From contig OY761158.1 of NCBI GenBank assembly GCA_963664405.1, positions 5,376,001-5,440,000 of the forward strand: DNA of 64,000 nucleotides, read 5' to 3'. The DNA is from Thermoanaerobaculia bacterium. GTDB lineage: Bacteria > Acidobacteriota > Thermoanaerobaculia > Multivoradales > Multivoraceae. Positions 9,183-19,285 of the stretch are shown here, in pieces (position 1 is the first letter of the stretch; every line of letters begins with the position of its first letter). The notes under the pieces were generated by a model that did not search any database, was not told the origin of the DNA, and saw only the letters and a program-made list of their open reading frames with translations. The position numbers were made by a program, and so were the translations under genes.

Positions 9183-10777
9183 ATATCTCGCTCGAGAACC
9201 GGACCGCCGAGGGTCGAGAAGCCAGCCACACCGAGGACGTGAGGCTCTATTCGCAGCCGGCTCGGTCCGAGCGGCCGCCGTATCTTGAGCGAGAGTGTTG
9301 CCTCTCCGCCCGGCTCCAGGTCCCTCGGCAGTGGCGGCCACTCCGCCTCGGCGAGCCAGTCTCTTCCTTGGTTGGTGAGCCGAACTTCAAAAGCGATTCC
9401 GCCGTCACCGCGCCGGCCGGCCAGCCATCGCGCGGCGCCGGTATTACGCACGTGAAGATCGAGCACTCGCACAGAGCTCTCTTCCCAAGGGGGGTCGAGT
9501 CCTTCGATCTCGAGGCTCCCTTCGAGGCGGCCCCAGCTCAAGCTCGTGGGCGGTGGCGGCTGAGGCTCGGTTGCCACCCCCGGCGGGAGGGCGGCGAGCT
9601 CTCGGCATGCTTCCGCGACTCGGTCTGCAACTCTGTCGGGGTCGTGCTCGCGGCGCACCCGCTCACGCGCTCGCTCGCCCATGGCCCGAAGCTCCTCGGG
9701 ACGATCGAGGAGATCGCGAATCCTCGCCACAAGGCTGTCGAGCTCCTCCTCGCCTAGCGGAATTCTGGTGATCTCCTCGCCTAGCTCGGCGAACTGAGCG
9801 TAGTCCGAGACCAGAGTCGGCCGGCCCATTGCGAGGAGGCGAAGGTACGACGCTGAAGTCTCGCCGGCGGTGGGGTAGCGCAGGTTGACGCAGAGATCGG
9901 CAGTAGCCATGGCTACGCGGAGTCGATCACGGTCGAGAAAACCGCACAGGTGGACACGCTCGAGGACGCCGGCCTCTCGGGCCTTCGCAGCGAGATCGAA
10001 CTCCGGCGCGACCTCGCCTACGATCAGGAGATGCACTTCGGCGAGCTCCTCTTTGGCCAGGGCTTCGATGACGACGTCGGTCCTCTTGATCGGCGTTTGG
10101 AAGCCGAAGGACCCCACCACCGGCGCTTTCCGAGGTATGCCCAGAGACTCTCGCAGAGCTAGGGTCGACGCCGGTGAAGCCATGGGCTCGAGTGGCATCG
10201 GCATCGGGATCACTCGCACGGTCACATCCTCGACGCCCTCTTGCAGTCGTTCCGCTGCCCAGGAGCTGTGGACGAGGACTCCGCGTTGGGTCTGGACCAG
10301 GGTGCGATGGCAGGGCAGAGCGAAAAGAGGTGCGGTGGGATAGGCGCCCCAGCGCGGCGCCCGGCCGATGGTCGCTCCTACCCAGCCGTGCTCCTCCTGG
10401 AGGCGTTGGCGGTAGAGCGGGAGCTCGACTCGAGCGAGGGTCTGCTCGACGAGGAGATGGTGAAGGAAGAGATCGTGCAGGGTGAGAATGCCGGGATGAG
10501 ATCGGGCGAGATCGAGCACCTTCTGGTGATGGAGATTGTTTCCCATCTGATAGAAGGGGACTCGTCCGTCTTCCCCCAGATGAGTGGTGTCCACTGGCTG
10601 CCAGCGGCCCTCGATCTCGGGCGACACCTCTTCTTCGAGTCGGACTACTCTGAGGTCACAGCGCTCGGCGAGGGCCGGGAGCAGGTCCGCGCTGTAGTCG
10701 GCGATGCCGGAGCGGGTGGGGGGAAGAGGGGAGACGAAATCCAGCCGCAGCCGCGAGCCGGCTTCTCCAGCACTCAT
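9179..10777 (-). CDS. Family 4 (GT-B) glycosyltransferase with C-terminal Ig-like extension
   Basis: VSPLPPTRSGIADYS, YQMGN, LHD, VHS, VNLRYPTAGETSA, VRNTG. Confidence 0.88.
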   Translation of the reverse strand: MSAGEAGSRLRLDFVSPLPPTRSGIADYSADLLPALAERCDLRVVRLEEEVSPEIEGRWQPVDTTHLGEDGRVPFYQMGNNLHHQKVLDLARSHPGILTLHDLFLHHLLVEQTLARVELPLYRQRLQEEHGWVGATIGRAPRWGAYPTAPLFALPCHRTLVQTQRGVLVHSSWAAERLQEGVEDVTVRVIPMPMPLEPMASPASTLALRESLGIPRKAPVVGSFGFQTPIKRTDVVIEALAKEELAEVHLLIVGEVAPEFDLAAKAREAGVLERVHLCGFLDRDRLRVAMATADLCVNLRYPTAGETSASYLRLLAMGRPTLVSDYAQFAELGEEITRIPLGEEELDSLVARIRDLLDRPEELRAMGERARERVRREHDPDRVADRVAEACRELAALPPGVATEPQPPPPTSLSWGRLEGSLEIEGLDPPWEESSVRVLDLHVRNTGAARWLAGRRGDGGIAFEVRLTNQGRDWLAEAEWPPLPRDLEPGGEATLSLKIRRPLGPSRLRIEPHVLGVAGFSTLGGPVLERDI

Positions 10778-11866
10778 TTAGAGCCCATCTGCGACTTCAG
10801 CCAGGCTTCTATGAAGGGGTCGAGGTCACCGTCGAGCACTCGGTCCGCGTCTCCCATCTCGGCGCTCGTGCGATGGTCTTTTACCATCCGATAGGGATGA
10901 AGCACATAACTGCGGATCTGGCTGCCCCAGGCGATGTCCTGTTTTTCGCCCTCTCGCTCCGCTTGCTCCTCCTTACGTTTCTTCATCTCGGCGTCGTAGA
11001 GGCGGGCACGCAGTATCTTCATCGCCGTGGCCCGGTTCTTGATCTGGCTGCGCTCGTTCTGGCAGGTGGCGACGATATTGGTCGGGAGATGGGTGATTCG
11101 CACCGCCGAGTCGGTGACGTTGACGTGCTGGCCGCCGGCGCCGGACGAACGGTAGGTATCGATGCGCAGGTCTTTGTCGAGGATCTCGATATCGACGTCG
11201 TCGTCGACCTCCGGGTAAACGTAGACCGAGGCGAAGGAGGTATGGCGTCGGCTGGCGGCGTCGAAGGGGCTGATGCGCACCAGGCGATGGACCCCGTTCT
11301 CGCCTTGGAGATAGCCGTAGGCATTGGGCCCACGGATTGCCAGAGTCACGCTCTTGATGCCCGCTTCTTCGCCGTCGAGGCGATCCAAGAGAGCGGCTTC
11401 GAAGTGGTGGCGCTCCGCCCAGCGTAGGTACATGCGGAGCAACATCTCCGCCCAGTCTTGGGATTCGGTGCCGCCCGCCCCTGGGTGCAGTGCCATGAGG
11501 GCGTTGCGCTCATCGTCCGGCCCCGACATCTTGAGCCGGAGATCGAGCTCCGTGAGCTCCTTTGTGAGGCGCTCGAGAAAGGTCTCTGCGTCTGCGTCTG
11601 CCGCACTCGGGTCCTCGGCAATGAGCTCGCGCCAGGTGGCAAGCTCATCGCTGTCCTCCCGCATCTGCAGGAGCAACTTCACTTTCTTTTCGGTGGCGGC
11701 CCGCTTGCGGAGGATGGATTTGTTCTCGTCGGGCCGGTCCCAGAAGCTGGGATCCTCCATCACCCGGTCGAGATCGGCGAGCTCCTTCTCTACCTGGGAT
11801 TCCTCAAAGGAACCCCCTTAGATCGTCGAGGCGCTTGGCGAGGCGGTCGAATTCCTGTGTCTCCAT
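10774..11866 (-). CDS. prfB: Peptide chain release factor 2, expressed via programmed +1 frameshift at codon 20
   Basis: SPF and GAGGQ motifs; METQEFDRLAKRLDDLRGFL then CTT TGA; the +1 frame continues EESQVEKELADLDRVMEDPSFW. Confidence 0.96.
11803..11818 (-). promoter_or_regulatory. prfB +1 frameshift signal
   Basis: Minus strand AGGGGG TTC CTT TGA G: internal SD, slippery Leu codon, UGA. Confidence 0.92.
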
Positions 11867-11879
11867 GATGTGGGGTCGC

Positions 11880-13397
11880 TCAGCGCCCTCGGCGGGACGA
11901 CAATATAGCAAAGGACGCGACGGCCAGACAGAGGATTGGCGCGAGCCATGGCAGGCGGGTGTAGGGGCTCAGATCCGCCCCGCCGCGAACGCTCGCCCGC
12001 ACGACTCCCTCTTCGTCGACACCGATCATCTCCACCGCCTGGCCGTTGGCTTCGATCAGGGCCGAGACACCGGTGAGGGCGGCTCGCAGAACCGGTCTGC
12101 GATTCTCGGCGGCGCGGAAGCGGGCGGCGCGTAGGTGCTGCCAAGGCGCCCAGCTATCGCCGTACCAGGCGTCGTTGGTGAGAGTCGTGATCAGGGTCGC
12201 TCCGCTCGCCACCAACTCTGCGACTTCGTGCGGGAAGGTGATCTCGAAGCAGATCGCCACCCCGATCTGCTCTTCCCGCCAGGTCAGAAGGGTCACGCTG
12301 TCGCTGGCCGAGAAGTTACCGGCATTGCGCGCCAGCTTGTCGACGAAGGGAAGGAGCTCGGCAAGAGGAACGTATTCGCCGAAGGGAACGAGGTGGCGCT
12401 TGTCGTAGGCCTGGAGCTGTTGACCCGGCTGGGCCAGGAAGGCGGTGTTGAAGACCTCCTCACCCTGCCATCGAGGCGAGTTGAAAAGGATGGAACAGCC
12501 TTTGTCGACGAGGCGGAGAACGTCTTCTCGCATTTGTCGGTCGCGGGAGAAGGCGTAAGGCCAGGCGGCGCTCTCGGGCCACAGAAGCAGTGCCGGCCGA
12601 TCACAGGCCTCTTCGCTCATTCGAAGTAGCTTTCGGTAGTGCCGCTGTTGCTGCTCGGTCTCGTCCAGCTTCAAGATCCCTAGATTCGGCTGGACGATTC
12701 GTACCTCTCGAGCTTCTCGCGTCGCCAGTTCCGGCTGTGCAAAACGCGATGCGAGAGAGAGCAGAAGGAGAGGCGTAAGGAAGCCGATCGCAATCGGCTC
12801 CCAGCGGCGCCGCGAGAGCCCTTGGGCCAGGCCGACGCTGGGGAGAAGAACCACGAACGACACCCCATAGGCTCCGATCCAGGAGCTGAGGAGGAGGGCT
12901 CCGGGCACCGCAATCCACGCATAGGAGGCGAGGTTCCACGGGAAGCCGCTCAGCAGGTACTGGCGCGAAACCTCGAAGACCGTCCACAGAGCCGGTAGGC
13001 CGAGCATGCCTGTGACCCAGGAGCGCGCCTTCCAGGGGCCGAGGGCGAGCCAGGCGAAGAGCGAGTGATGAAGGGCGAGGTAAGAGCAGAGCAAGACGAG
13101 CAAGAGGTTGCCCAGCCAGCCCGGAAGCTCGCCGAAAGTCGAGATCGTCGGTGCAATCCAGGGGATCGCGACCAGCCAGGTGGCGAGGCCGTGGAGGAAC
13201 CCCCACAACGGCGCTCGCCGCCGATCGAGGAGCAGCATCAAGGGGCAGAGAGCGACCCAGGGTAGAAACAGGAACCCGTTGCGGCCGAAGCAAGCCGCCC
13301 AGATCATGCCGCCTCCCACTGCCACGCCGGCGGCGACCCAGGGCGATTTGAGCCAGCCGACTGTGGAAGCGCCTATGTCTTCGGGCTCAGGGGGCAC
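11880..13397 (-). CDS. lnt: Apolipoprotein N-acyltransferase
   Basis: SGFPW, VQPN, WPES, YDKRHLVPFGEY, ICFE, TNDAW, RAAENRR; start uncertain. Confidence 0.94.
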   Translation of the reverse strand: MPPEPEDIGASTVGWLKSPWVAAGVAVGGGMIWAACFGRNGFLFLPWVALCPLMLLLDRRRAPLWGFLHGLATWLVAIPWIAPTISTFGELPGWLGNLLLVLLCSYLALHHSLFAWLALGPWKARSWVTGMLGLPALWTVFEVSRQYLLSGFPWNLASYAWIAVPGALLLSSWIGAYGVSFVVLLPSVGLAQGLSRRRWEPIAIGFLTPLLLLSLASRFAQPELATREAREVRIVQPNLGILKLDETEQQQRHYRKLLRMSEEACDRPALLLWPESAAWPYAFSRDRQMREDVLRLVDKGCSILFNSPRWQGEEVFNTAFLAQPGQQLQAYDKRHLVPFGEYVPLAELLPFVDKLARNAGNFSASDSVTLLTWREEQIGVAICFEITFPHEVAELVASGATLITTLTNDAWYGDSWAPWQHLRAARFRAAENRRPVLRAALTGVSALIEANGQAVEMIGVDEEGVVRASVRGGADLSPYTRLPWLAPILCLAVASFAILSSRRGR

Positions 13398-14106
13398 CAG
13401 GAGGGATCCACGGGTCCAGCTCCCAGCGCCGCTGGATCTCGTCGGCGCGACGCTGGGCAAGCTCGCGGTCGCGGAAGGGGCCTACTCGCACGCGAAATAC
13501 CTCTCGATCTCCCTCCGAGACCGGAACGAGCTGGGCCTCGAAGTCCTGATCCAGCAGCCGGTCGACCCAGGTCTGAGCCTTGTCGCGGTCGGCGCTGGCG
13601 ATCACCTGCACAAAGAAGCCGTCTTCGGTGGGCGCTAGCGCCGCTGCTACTTCCGGCGCCTGCGGAGCTTCCTCCACGTCGGGGCGGCTGGCCGGCTCGA
13701 TTCGAGGCGCGGGGCGCTCCATTGGCTCCGGCGGCGGCATGCTGCGGGCCACCCGAGGTGACTTCTGCTTCGCCGCAATCGGGGATGGCGCGGCCACCGG
13801 GGTCGGCGCGGCTTTGCGCGCCGCTGCAGGCTTGTCCTCTATCTTCTTGGGTGCCGGCTCCATGGGTGGGGGAGCCATCCGCTGAGGCACATCGGTCTTG
13901 GTGAAGAAATCGAGCCGCTCGACCTCGCTCGCGGCGGCGACGGTCGCGAAGTCCGGGCTTACGGTCTCCTCGACGGAGGCTCTGCCGAGCCAGACCCCGG
14001 CAAAGAAAGCCACGAAGTAGCAGGCGAGGAGCGTGCCGAGAGCGGCGAGCACCTGTCGGTTGGTGAGGGCGATTTGGTAATGGGTGGCGTCACTCGGCTC
14101 GTTCAC
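13387..14106 (-). CDS. SPOR domain membrane protein
   Basis: N-terminal TM helix, Pro/Ala-rich linker, C-terminal [13 protein letters not shown]. Confidence 0.85.
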   Translation of the reverse strand: MNEPSDATHYQIALTNRQVLAALGTLLACYFVAFFAGVWLGRASVEETVSPDFATVAAASEVERLDFFTKTDVPQRMAPPPMEPAPKKIEDKPAAARKAAPTPVAAPSPIAAKQKSPRVARSMPPPEPMERPAPRIEPASRPDVEEAPQAPEVAAALAPTEDGFFVQVIASADRDKAQTWVDRLLDQDFEAQLVPVSEGDREVFRVRVGPFRDRELAQRRADEIQRRWELDPWIPPGAP

Positions 14107-14891
14107 GAACTGTCGCCTCCGTCAGGAGTCTTGGATTTGAGTTTGTCTGCGAGCTCGAGAAAGGGCTTGACGATGTCCATGGGGAGGGGAAAGATAATCG
14201 TCGAGTTCCGCTCGGCGGCGATGTCGGTAAGGGTCTGGAGATAGCGTAGTTGGAGAGTGATCGAGTTGTTGCTCATCGTATCCGCCGCATTGGCAAGACT
14301 GACGGCGGCCTGGCGCTCACCCTCGGCATGGATGACCTTGGCCCGCTTCTCGCGCTCGGCCTCGGCTTGCCGGGCCATCGCTCTCTGCATTTCTTGGGGA
14401 AGGTCGACGTGTTTCACCTCCACCGCTGACACCTTGATACCCCAGGGGTCGGTTTGCAGGTCGATGATCGATTGGAGCTGCTCGTTGAGCTTGTCGCGCT
14501 CGGAGAGGAGGCTGTCGAGGTCGGCCTGACCGAGGATCGAGCGCAGGGTCGTCTGCGCTAATTGGCTGGTGGCGTAGTTGAAGTTTTCCACCTCTACGAC
14601 TGCCTTGTTGGGCTGGAGGACTCGGTAATAGACCACCGCGTTGACCTTCACCGACACGTTGTCTCGGGTGATGATGTCTTGCGGTGGCACGTCCAGAACC
14701 ACGGTACGCAGTGAGATGCGGACGATACGGTCGATCGGCCAGAGGATGAGCACGAGCCCCGGTCCCTTCGGCTCCGGCAGGATGCGGCCGAGGCGAAAGA
14801 CTACGGCTCGCTCGTACTCATTGAGAATGTTGATCCAGCGGAAGAAGAGGATGACTATGAGGATGACGAAGACTGCTAGGGCCTGGGGCAT
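14103..14891 (-). CDS. Slipin/stomatin (SPFH) family protein
   Basis: [46 protein letters not shown]. Confidence 0.95.
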   Translation of the reverse strand: MPQALAVFVILIVILFFRWINILNEYERAVVFRLGRILPEPKGPGLVLILWPIDRIVRISLRTVVLDVPPQDIITRDNVSVKVNAVVYYRVLQPNKAVVEVENFNYATSQLAQTTLRSILGQADLDSLLSERDKLNEQLQSIIDLQTDPWGIKVSAVEVKHVDLPQEMQRAMARQAEAEREKRAKVIHAEGERQAAVSLANAADTMSNNSITLQLRYLQTLTDIAAERNSTIIFPLPMDIVKPFLELADKLKSKTPDGGDSS

Positions 14892-14920
14892 GAGGAGATT
14901 CTCCTTGGGGGCACGACCTA

Positions 14921-16291
14921 TTATTGGGAGGGTTGGACCTTGAGCGTCATTCCGTCGACGGCCACGATCTCGATCGCATCACCGGCGGCCACCGGAGCTT
15001 CCGCGACCGCATCCCAGATCTCGCCGTGTACCGCTACCTTCCCTCGAGGAGCGAGCTCGGTGCGGGCAATGCCGGTCTCGTGGATGAGTCCCTCGCGACC
15101 TGTAGAGACCTGACGCTTGTGGACCTTCACGACCAGCGTCATCAATAGGGCCGAGACCAGCCCCGCGGCTGCTGCCATGGCGGCAATGAGCGGAAAACTG
15201 ACTCGGATCGCGGGATCCGGACTGTCGAAAAGAAGCACCGACCCCAGGACCAGCGACAGAACCCCGCCCAGAGTGAGTAAACCGAAGCTCGGCGCTTTGA
15301 TCTCGAGCAGGAAGAAGAGGACGGCGAGGAGGAGAAGGGCGACTCCGGCGTAGTTCAACGGCAGTAGCGATAACGCGTAGAAGGCGAGTACCACGCAGAT
15401 CGCTCCAAGCACCCCCGGCAGGATCGAGCCCGGGTTCGAGAACTCGAAATAGAGTCCGAGGCCGCCGGCGCTGAGGAGGAGATAGGCGACGTTGGGGTGG
15501 GCGATGATTGCGCGCAACCGTTGGAAGAGGGCGATCTCTATGCGCTGGATTTGAGCGTCAGCGGTGCGGAGTGTGCGCTCTTCCCCGTTCTTCTCGAGCA
15601 CGCGTCCATCGATGGCCTCGAGAAGATCGTCGATGTCGTCGGCGATCAGGTCGATGAGCCCCTCGTCGAGGGCTTCTTTCGCGGTGAACGATCGGCTCTC
15701 GACAACCGCCTCCTGTGCGAGCTCCTGGTTACGGCCCTTCTGTTCCGCCAGGGAGCGGATGGTCGCCGCGGCGTCTTGCTCGACCTTCTCCGCCATCACG
15801 CCCTCGATATCCTCACCCTGTCCTCCGACCGGGTGCGCGGCGCCGGTATTGGTTCCAGGCGCCATGGCGGCGACGTCAGCGGCCATGAGCAGAAAGAACC
15901 CCGCCGAGGCAGCCTGAGATCCCTGAGGTGATACGTAGATGACCACCGGGGTCTTGGCCTCGAGCATGGCGCTGAACATCTCGCGAGTCGAAGTGAGAAG
16001 GCCACCGGGGGTGGCGAGCTCGACCACGAGCACTTCGGCGTGCTGACGATCCGCTTCAGCCAGAGCGTCGAGGAGGATCTCCGCGGCGACCGGATGAATG
16101 ATCGAATTCAGCTCCAGCTGAAGTACCGGGCCGGGATCGCCCGTGCTTCCGCTCAACTCGTCTGCCGCCATCGCATCCGCCACCGGCAACAGGAGTAAGG
16201 CAGTCACAACGGCCAACCGACGAATGGGCCGGGCGTAGGTTGTGGACCGAGTGGCGTACTCGGCTCCAGGAGATGCGCCTTTTTTTCGCAT
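14921..16291 (-). CDS. nfeD: NfeD membrane-bound serine protease (long form)
   Basis: [23 protein letters not shown] bundle, C-terminal OB domain (GEIWDA); next to slipin; start uncertain. Confidence 0.92.
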   Translation of the reverse strand: MRKKGASPGAEYATRSTTYARPIRRLAVVTALLLLPVADAMAADELSGSTGDPGPVLQLELNSIIHPVAAEILLDALAEADRQHAEVLVVELATPGGLLTSTREMFSAMLEAKTPVVIYVSPQGSQAASAGFFLLMAADVAAMAPGTNTGAAHPVGGQGEDIEGVMAEKVEQDAAATIRSLAEQKGRNQELAQEAVVESRSFTAKEALDEGLIDLIADDIDDLLEAIDGRVLEKNGEERTLRTADAQIQRIEIALFQRLRAIIAHPNVAYLLLSAGGLGLYFEFSNPGSILPGVLGAICVVLAFYALSLLPLNYAGVALLLLAVLFFLLEIKAPSFGLLTLGGVLSLVLGSVLLFDSPDPAIRVSFPLIAAMAAAAGLVSALLMTLVVKVHKRQVSTGREGLIHETGIARTELAPRGKVAVHGEIWDAVAEAPVAAGDAIEIVAVDGMTLKVQPSQ

Positions 16292-16450
16292 CCGATCTCG
16301 CGGGGCTGGGCTCACTGGCCTGCTTGTGACCTCCAGATCCACCGAGGGAGAGCTCGCGGTGCGCGGGCTCGAGAACTGGGTGAAGTCTAGCACGGAGGTC
16401 GGTGTGGAAACGGGGCGCGAGGGGGACGGAGTGAGGGAGTGGGGAAGAGA

Positions 16451-16490
16451 GTGAAGAAGTAAGGAGTGAAGAAGTGAAGAAGTGAAGAAG
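16451..16490. repeat. Tandem octamer repeats GTGAAGAA
   Basis: gtgaagaa gtaagga gtgaagaa gtgaagaa gtgaagaa. Confidence 0.7.
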
Positions 16491-16687
16491 GAGCAAGTGG
16501 GGGGAAGTCATGAAGTTCGAGGGTGGGAAGGAGTCGCGGTGACTCGAATGGCTGGACAGTGTTTATGTAGTAAATGGATAATAAGTTACTATTATGCCGT
16601 GATCAGGAGTGGAAGGGTGCGTCTTCGCTTCTTTGGGGCGAAGGATATTTGGTGTGTAAAGATAATATATATATAATAAATGGATAT

Positions 16688-17671
16688 ATGAAAGAACCAT
16701 CTCCCTCTGGCGGTCTGTCTCCTATGCGGGTGGTGTGTCGGCGTACTGGACTCAGGCCGGAGCTGATCCGCTCGTGGGAACGTAACTACGAGGCCATAGC
16801 ACCGGTGCGCTCGGCTGGGGGGCATCGCCTCTACGCAGAGAAGGACATCGAGCGCTTGCAGCTGCTGCGCCATGCGACCGAGGCCGGTCACCCGATCGGG
16901 CGAATCGCCGGCGTCGACGATGACTCTTTGCGAAAGCTGATCGCGGCGGATGCCAGGGATCGACCGCTGCCGGCGAGTACGTTCGCCACGGGCGGAGACA
17001 TCCACGTCGCAGCGTGCCTCGAGGCGGCTAGCCAGCTCGATCGCTCAGGTCTCGAACAAGCCGTTGAGCGCGCGGAGCTCGAGCTCGGCCGGGTGGCGAT
17101 GGTCGAGGAGGTGCTCGCTCCCCTGGTCGAGGCCATGGGCGAGGCGACTCGGACTGGAGCCTTGCGACCGATGCACGAGCATCTGCTTTCTTCGGTACTC
17201 GTCGCTTCCTCGCAAGGCTTTCGAAGCGCCTTCGCTCAGGCTGGGTCGGCTCCGCGACTGATCGTGACGACACCGGCTCGTCAGCACCACGAGCTCGGAG
17301 CGATTCTCGCGGCCAACGTAGCCGCCGGCGAAGGTTGGCAAGTGACGTATCTCGGCGCCAACCTTCCGGCGGAAGAGATCGCCGCGGCGGTACTCCTGAA
17401 AAAGGCGGCCGCACTTGCGTTGAGCGTCGCCTATCCGCCGGACGATCCGCTGCTGGCGGGTGAGCTTCTTCGCCTTCGCCGACACCTCGGCCCGGCCATC
17501 GCGATCTTGGTTGGCGGGCGCGCTGCAGCCTCGTACCAGTCTGCCTTGAAAGAGACGAATTGCTTCCTCGCCTCAGACTTCAACGCCTTTCGTAGTCTTC
17601 TCGCCAAGCTTCGCTTCGAAGGGGCGGCTGCGACTACTCGGGCCGGGAAGGGTCCAGCAGCGGGCTTCTGA
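16688..17671 (+). CDS. MerR-family regulator with cobalamin-binding domain (CarH/LitR-like)
   Basis: IRSWERNY..PVRSAGGHRLY HTH; HEH; QHHELG; YLGANLP; VGG. Confidence 0.9.
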   Translation: MKEPSPSGGLSPMRVVCRRTGLRPELIRSWERNYEAIAPVRSAGGHRLYAEKDIERLQLLRHATEAGHPIGRIAGVDDDSLRKLIAADARDRPLPASTFATGGDIHVAACLEAASQLDRSGLEQAVERAELELGRVAMVEEVLAPLVEAMGEATRTGALRPMHEHLLSSVLVASSQGFRSAFAQAGSAPRLIVTTPARQHHELGAILAANVAAGEGWQVTYLGANLPAEEIAAAVLLKKAAALALSVAYPPDDPLLAGELLRLRRHLGPAIAILVGGRAAASYQSALKETNCFLASDFNAFRSLLAKLRFEGAAATTRAGKGPAAGF

Positions 17672-18171
17672 GCACGCGGACTCCGTTGAGCGAGCTGGCG
17701 AGAATGGCGGCCAGCAGCAAAGCCGCGCCGATTCGGATCAGGCTTGCTCTCTCCAGGGTCAGGGCGACAGCCAGAATGGGCACCCCTATGGACCAGGTTC
17801 CGAGCTCCACCGCCGCGATCGTCGCACTGGCGAGGCGATAGGGGGAGTGGGGAGGCGGTCCGCTTCGTGCCATGGCTTGCATCCACACCAGCACCCGGAA
17901 GAGGCGAGTCGCTGCGACGGATCCCAAGGCGGGTGCGTAGAGCCATCGGGGCAATCATGTAGAGCGCGCCGAGGATCGATGAGGTGATCCAGCCGAGAGT
18001 CACCAGGTGAACGACCGCGAGCATGCGCGGGTGGTAGAAGAAACCTGCGAAGCTCTGTGGCCAGGCAACCAGGATGCCGAGCGCACAAGCCAGGCAGAGA
18101 TGGGCAAGGGCGAAGTAGTAGACGGGTAAGCGGCTGGGCGGATCAGGACCGGTCATTTGGTTCGTCGCCAC
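17634..18171 (-). pseudogene. Frameshifted, probably internally deleted polytopic membrane protein
   Basis: Hydrophobic N-terminus (FYHPRMLAVVHLVTLGWITSSILGALY) and a hydrophobic C-terminus in another frame (SIGVPILAVAL..IGAALLLAAIL), joined near 17920. Confidence 0.6.
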
Positions 18172-18244
18172 TCCCGGAGTCTAGCCTCCTGGGCCTCCCG
18201 CTCCATCGGTTGACAGCCCACTTGCGCGTGCTAGCGTCCGGTCC

Positions 18245-19285
18245 ATGAACGAGGAGATGTGGTCGGGAGTTTGGGCGGGAGTCAAGAGCATGGAGCCGGC
18301 GAGGCGCCCTCTGGTTGCGCCCGGCCCAGGGGAGGCGCGGCTGCGCATCGAGGCCTGTGGCATCTGCGGCTCCGACCTCCACATCTACCGCGCCCCCGAC
18401 CTCGTCCCCGAGGGGACGACTCTGGGTCACGAGATGGTCGGCGTGGTGGAGAGTGTGGGGGATGAGGTCTCGGAATGGAGAGCCGGAGACCGGGTAACCG
18501 TCGAGCCGCTCATCTCGTGTGGTCGCTGTGAGATGTGCCTCCAGGGCTACGACAATCGCTGCCCGGAGTACGGCATCATCGGGATGCACCAGCCCGGGGG
18601 CTTCTCGGAGCAGATCATCGTTCCCGCTCGCCGTCTCTATAAGGTCTCGGAAGCCTTAGCCGCTCCGGTGGCGGCCCTCAGTGAGCCTGTCGCGGTCGTC
18701 GTCCACGGCCTTCAGCTTGGCGGCTTCACTCCCGGTCAGCAGGTCCTCGTGCTCGGCGGCGGCACGATCGGCCTCTTGACTGTTGCGGTAGCTCGACTCT
18801 GGGGCGCAGGAGACATCGTTCTCACCGCCCGGCATCCCCACCAGGTAGAGCTCGGGCGGAGGCTTGGCGCCAGTGAAGTCTTCGCGCCAGAGGAGGTGAG
18901 CCCGACCGAGCTGCCGCAATTGTTGGAGAGCAGACCCCCGGACCTCGTGGTGGAGACCGTCGGCGGCGAGGCCGACACCTTGGCCGCGGCCGGAGCTGCG
19001 GTCGCCCCCGGCGGCACGGTGGTGGTCCTCGGTGTCTTCACGGCTGAGATCCGGCTCGCCCCCATGCCGCTGCTCAAGAAGGAGGTGTGCTTGCGCTGGT
19101 CGCTCTGCTACACCCGCTCTGAAGCAGGCGCTGACTTCAGTGAGGCGATCGGACTCATCACGGCTCACCCCGAGCTATTCGGCTCCCTCCTCACTCACGA
19201 GCTGCCTCTGGCCGAGATCGGGCGCGGCTTCGCAATCGCCGACGACAAGAGCAGTGGTGCGATCAAGGTAACGGTGGTGCCCTGA
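18245..19285 (+). CDS. Zn-dependent medium-chain alcohol dehydrogenase
   Basis: CGICGSD, GHE, CGRCEMC..C, GGGTIG. Confidence 0.93.
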   Translation: MNEEMWSGVWAGVKSMEPARRPLVAPGPGEARLRIEACGICGSDLHIYRAPDLVPEGTTLGHEMVGVVESVGDEVSEWRAGDRVTVEPLISCGRCEMCLQGYDNRCPEYGIIGMHQPGGFSEQIIVPARRLYKVSEALAAPVAALSEPVAVVVHGLQLGGFTPGQQVLVLGGGTIGLLTVAVARLWGAGDIVLTARHPHQVELGRRLGASEVFAPEEVSPTELPQLLESRPPDLVVETVGGEADTLAAAGAAVAPGGTVVVLGVFTAEIRLAPMPLLKKEVCLRWSLCYTRSEAGADFSEAIGLITAHPELFGSLLTHELPLAEIGRGFAIADDKSSGAIKVTVVP

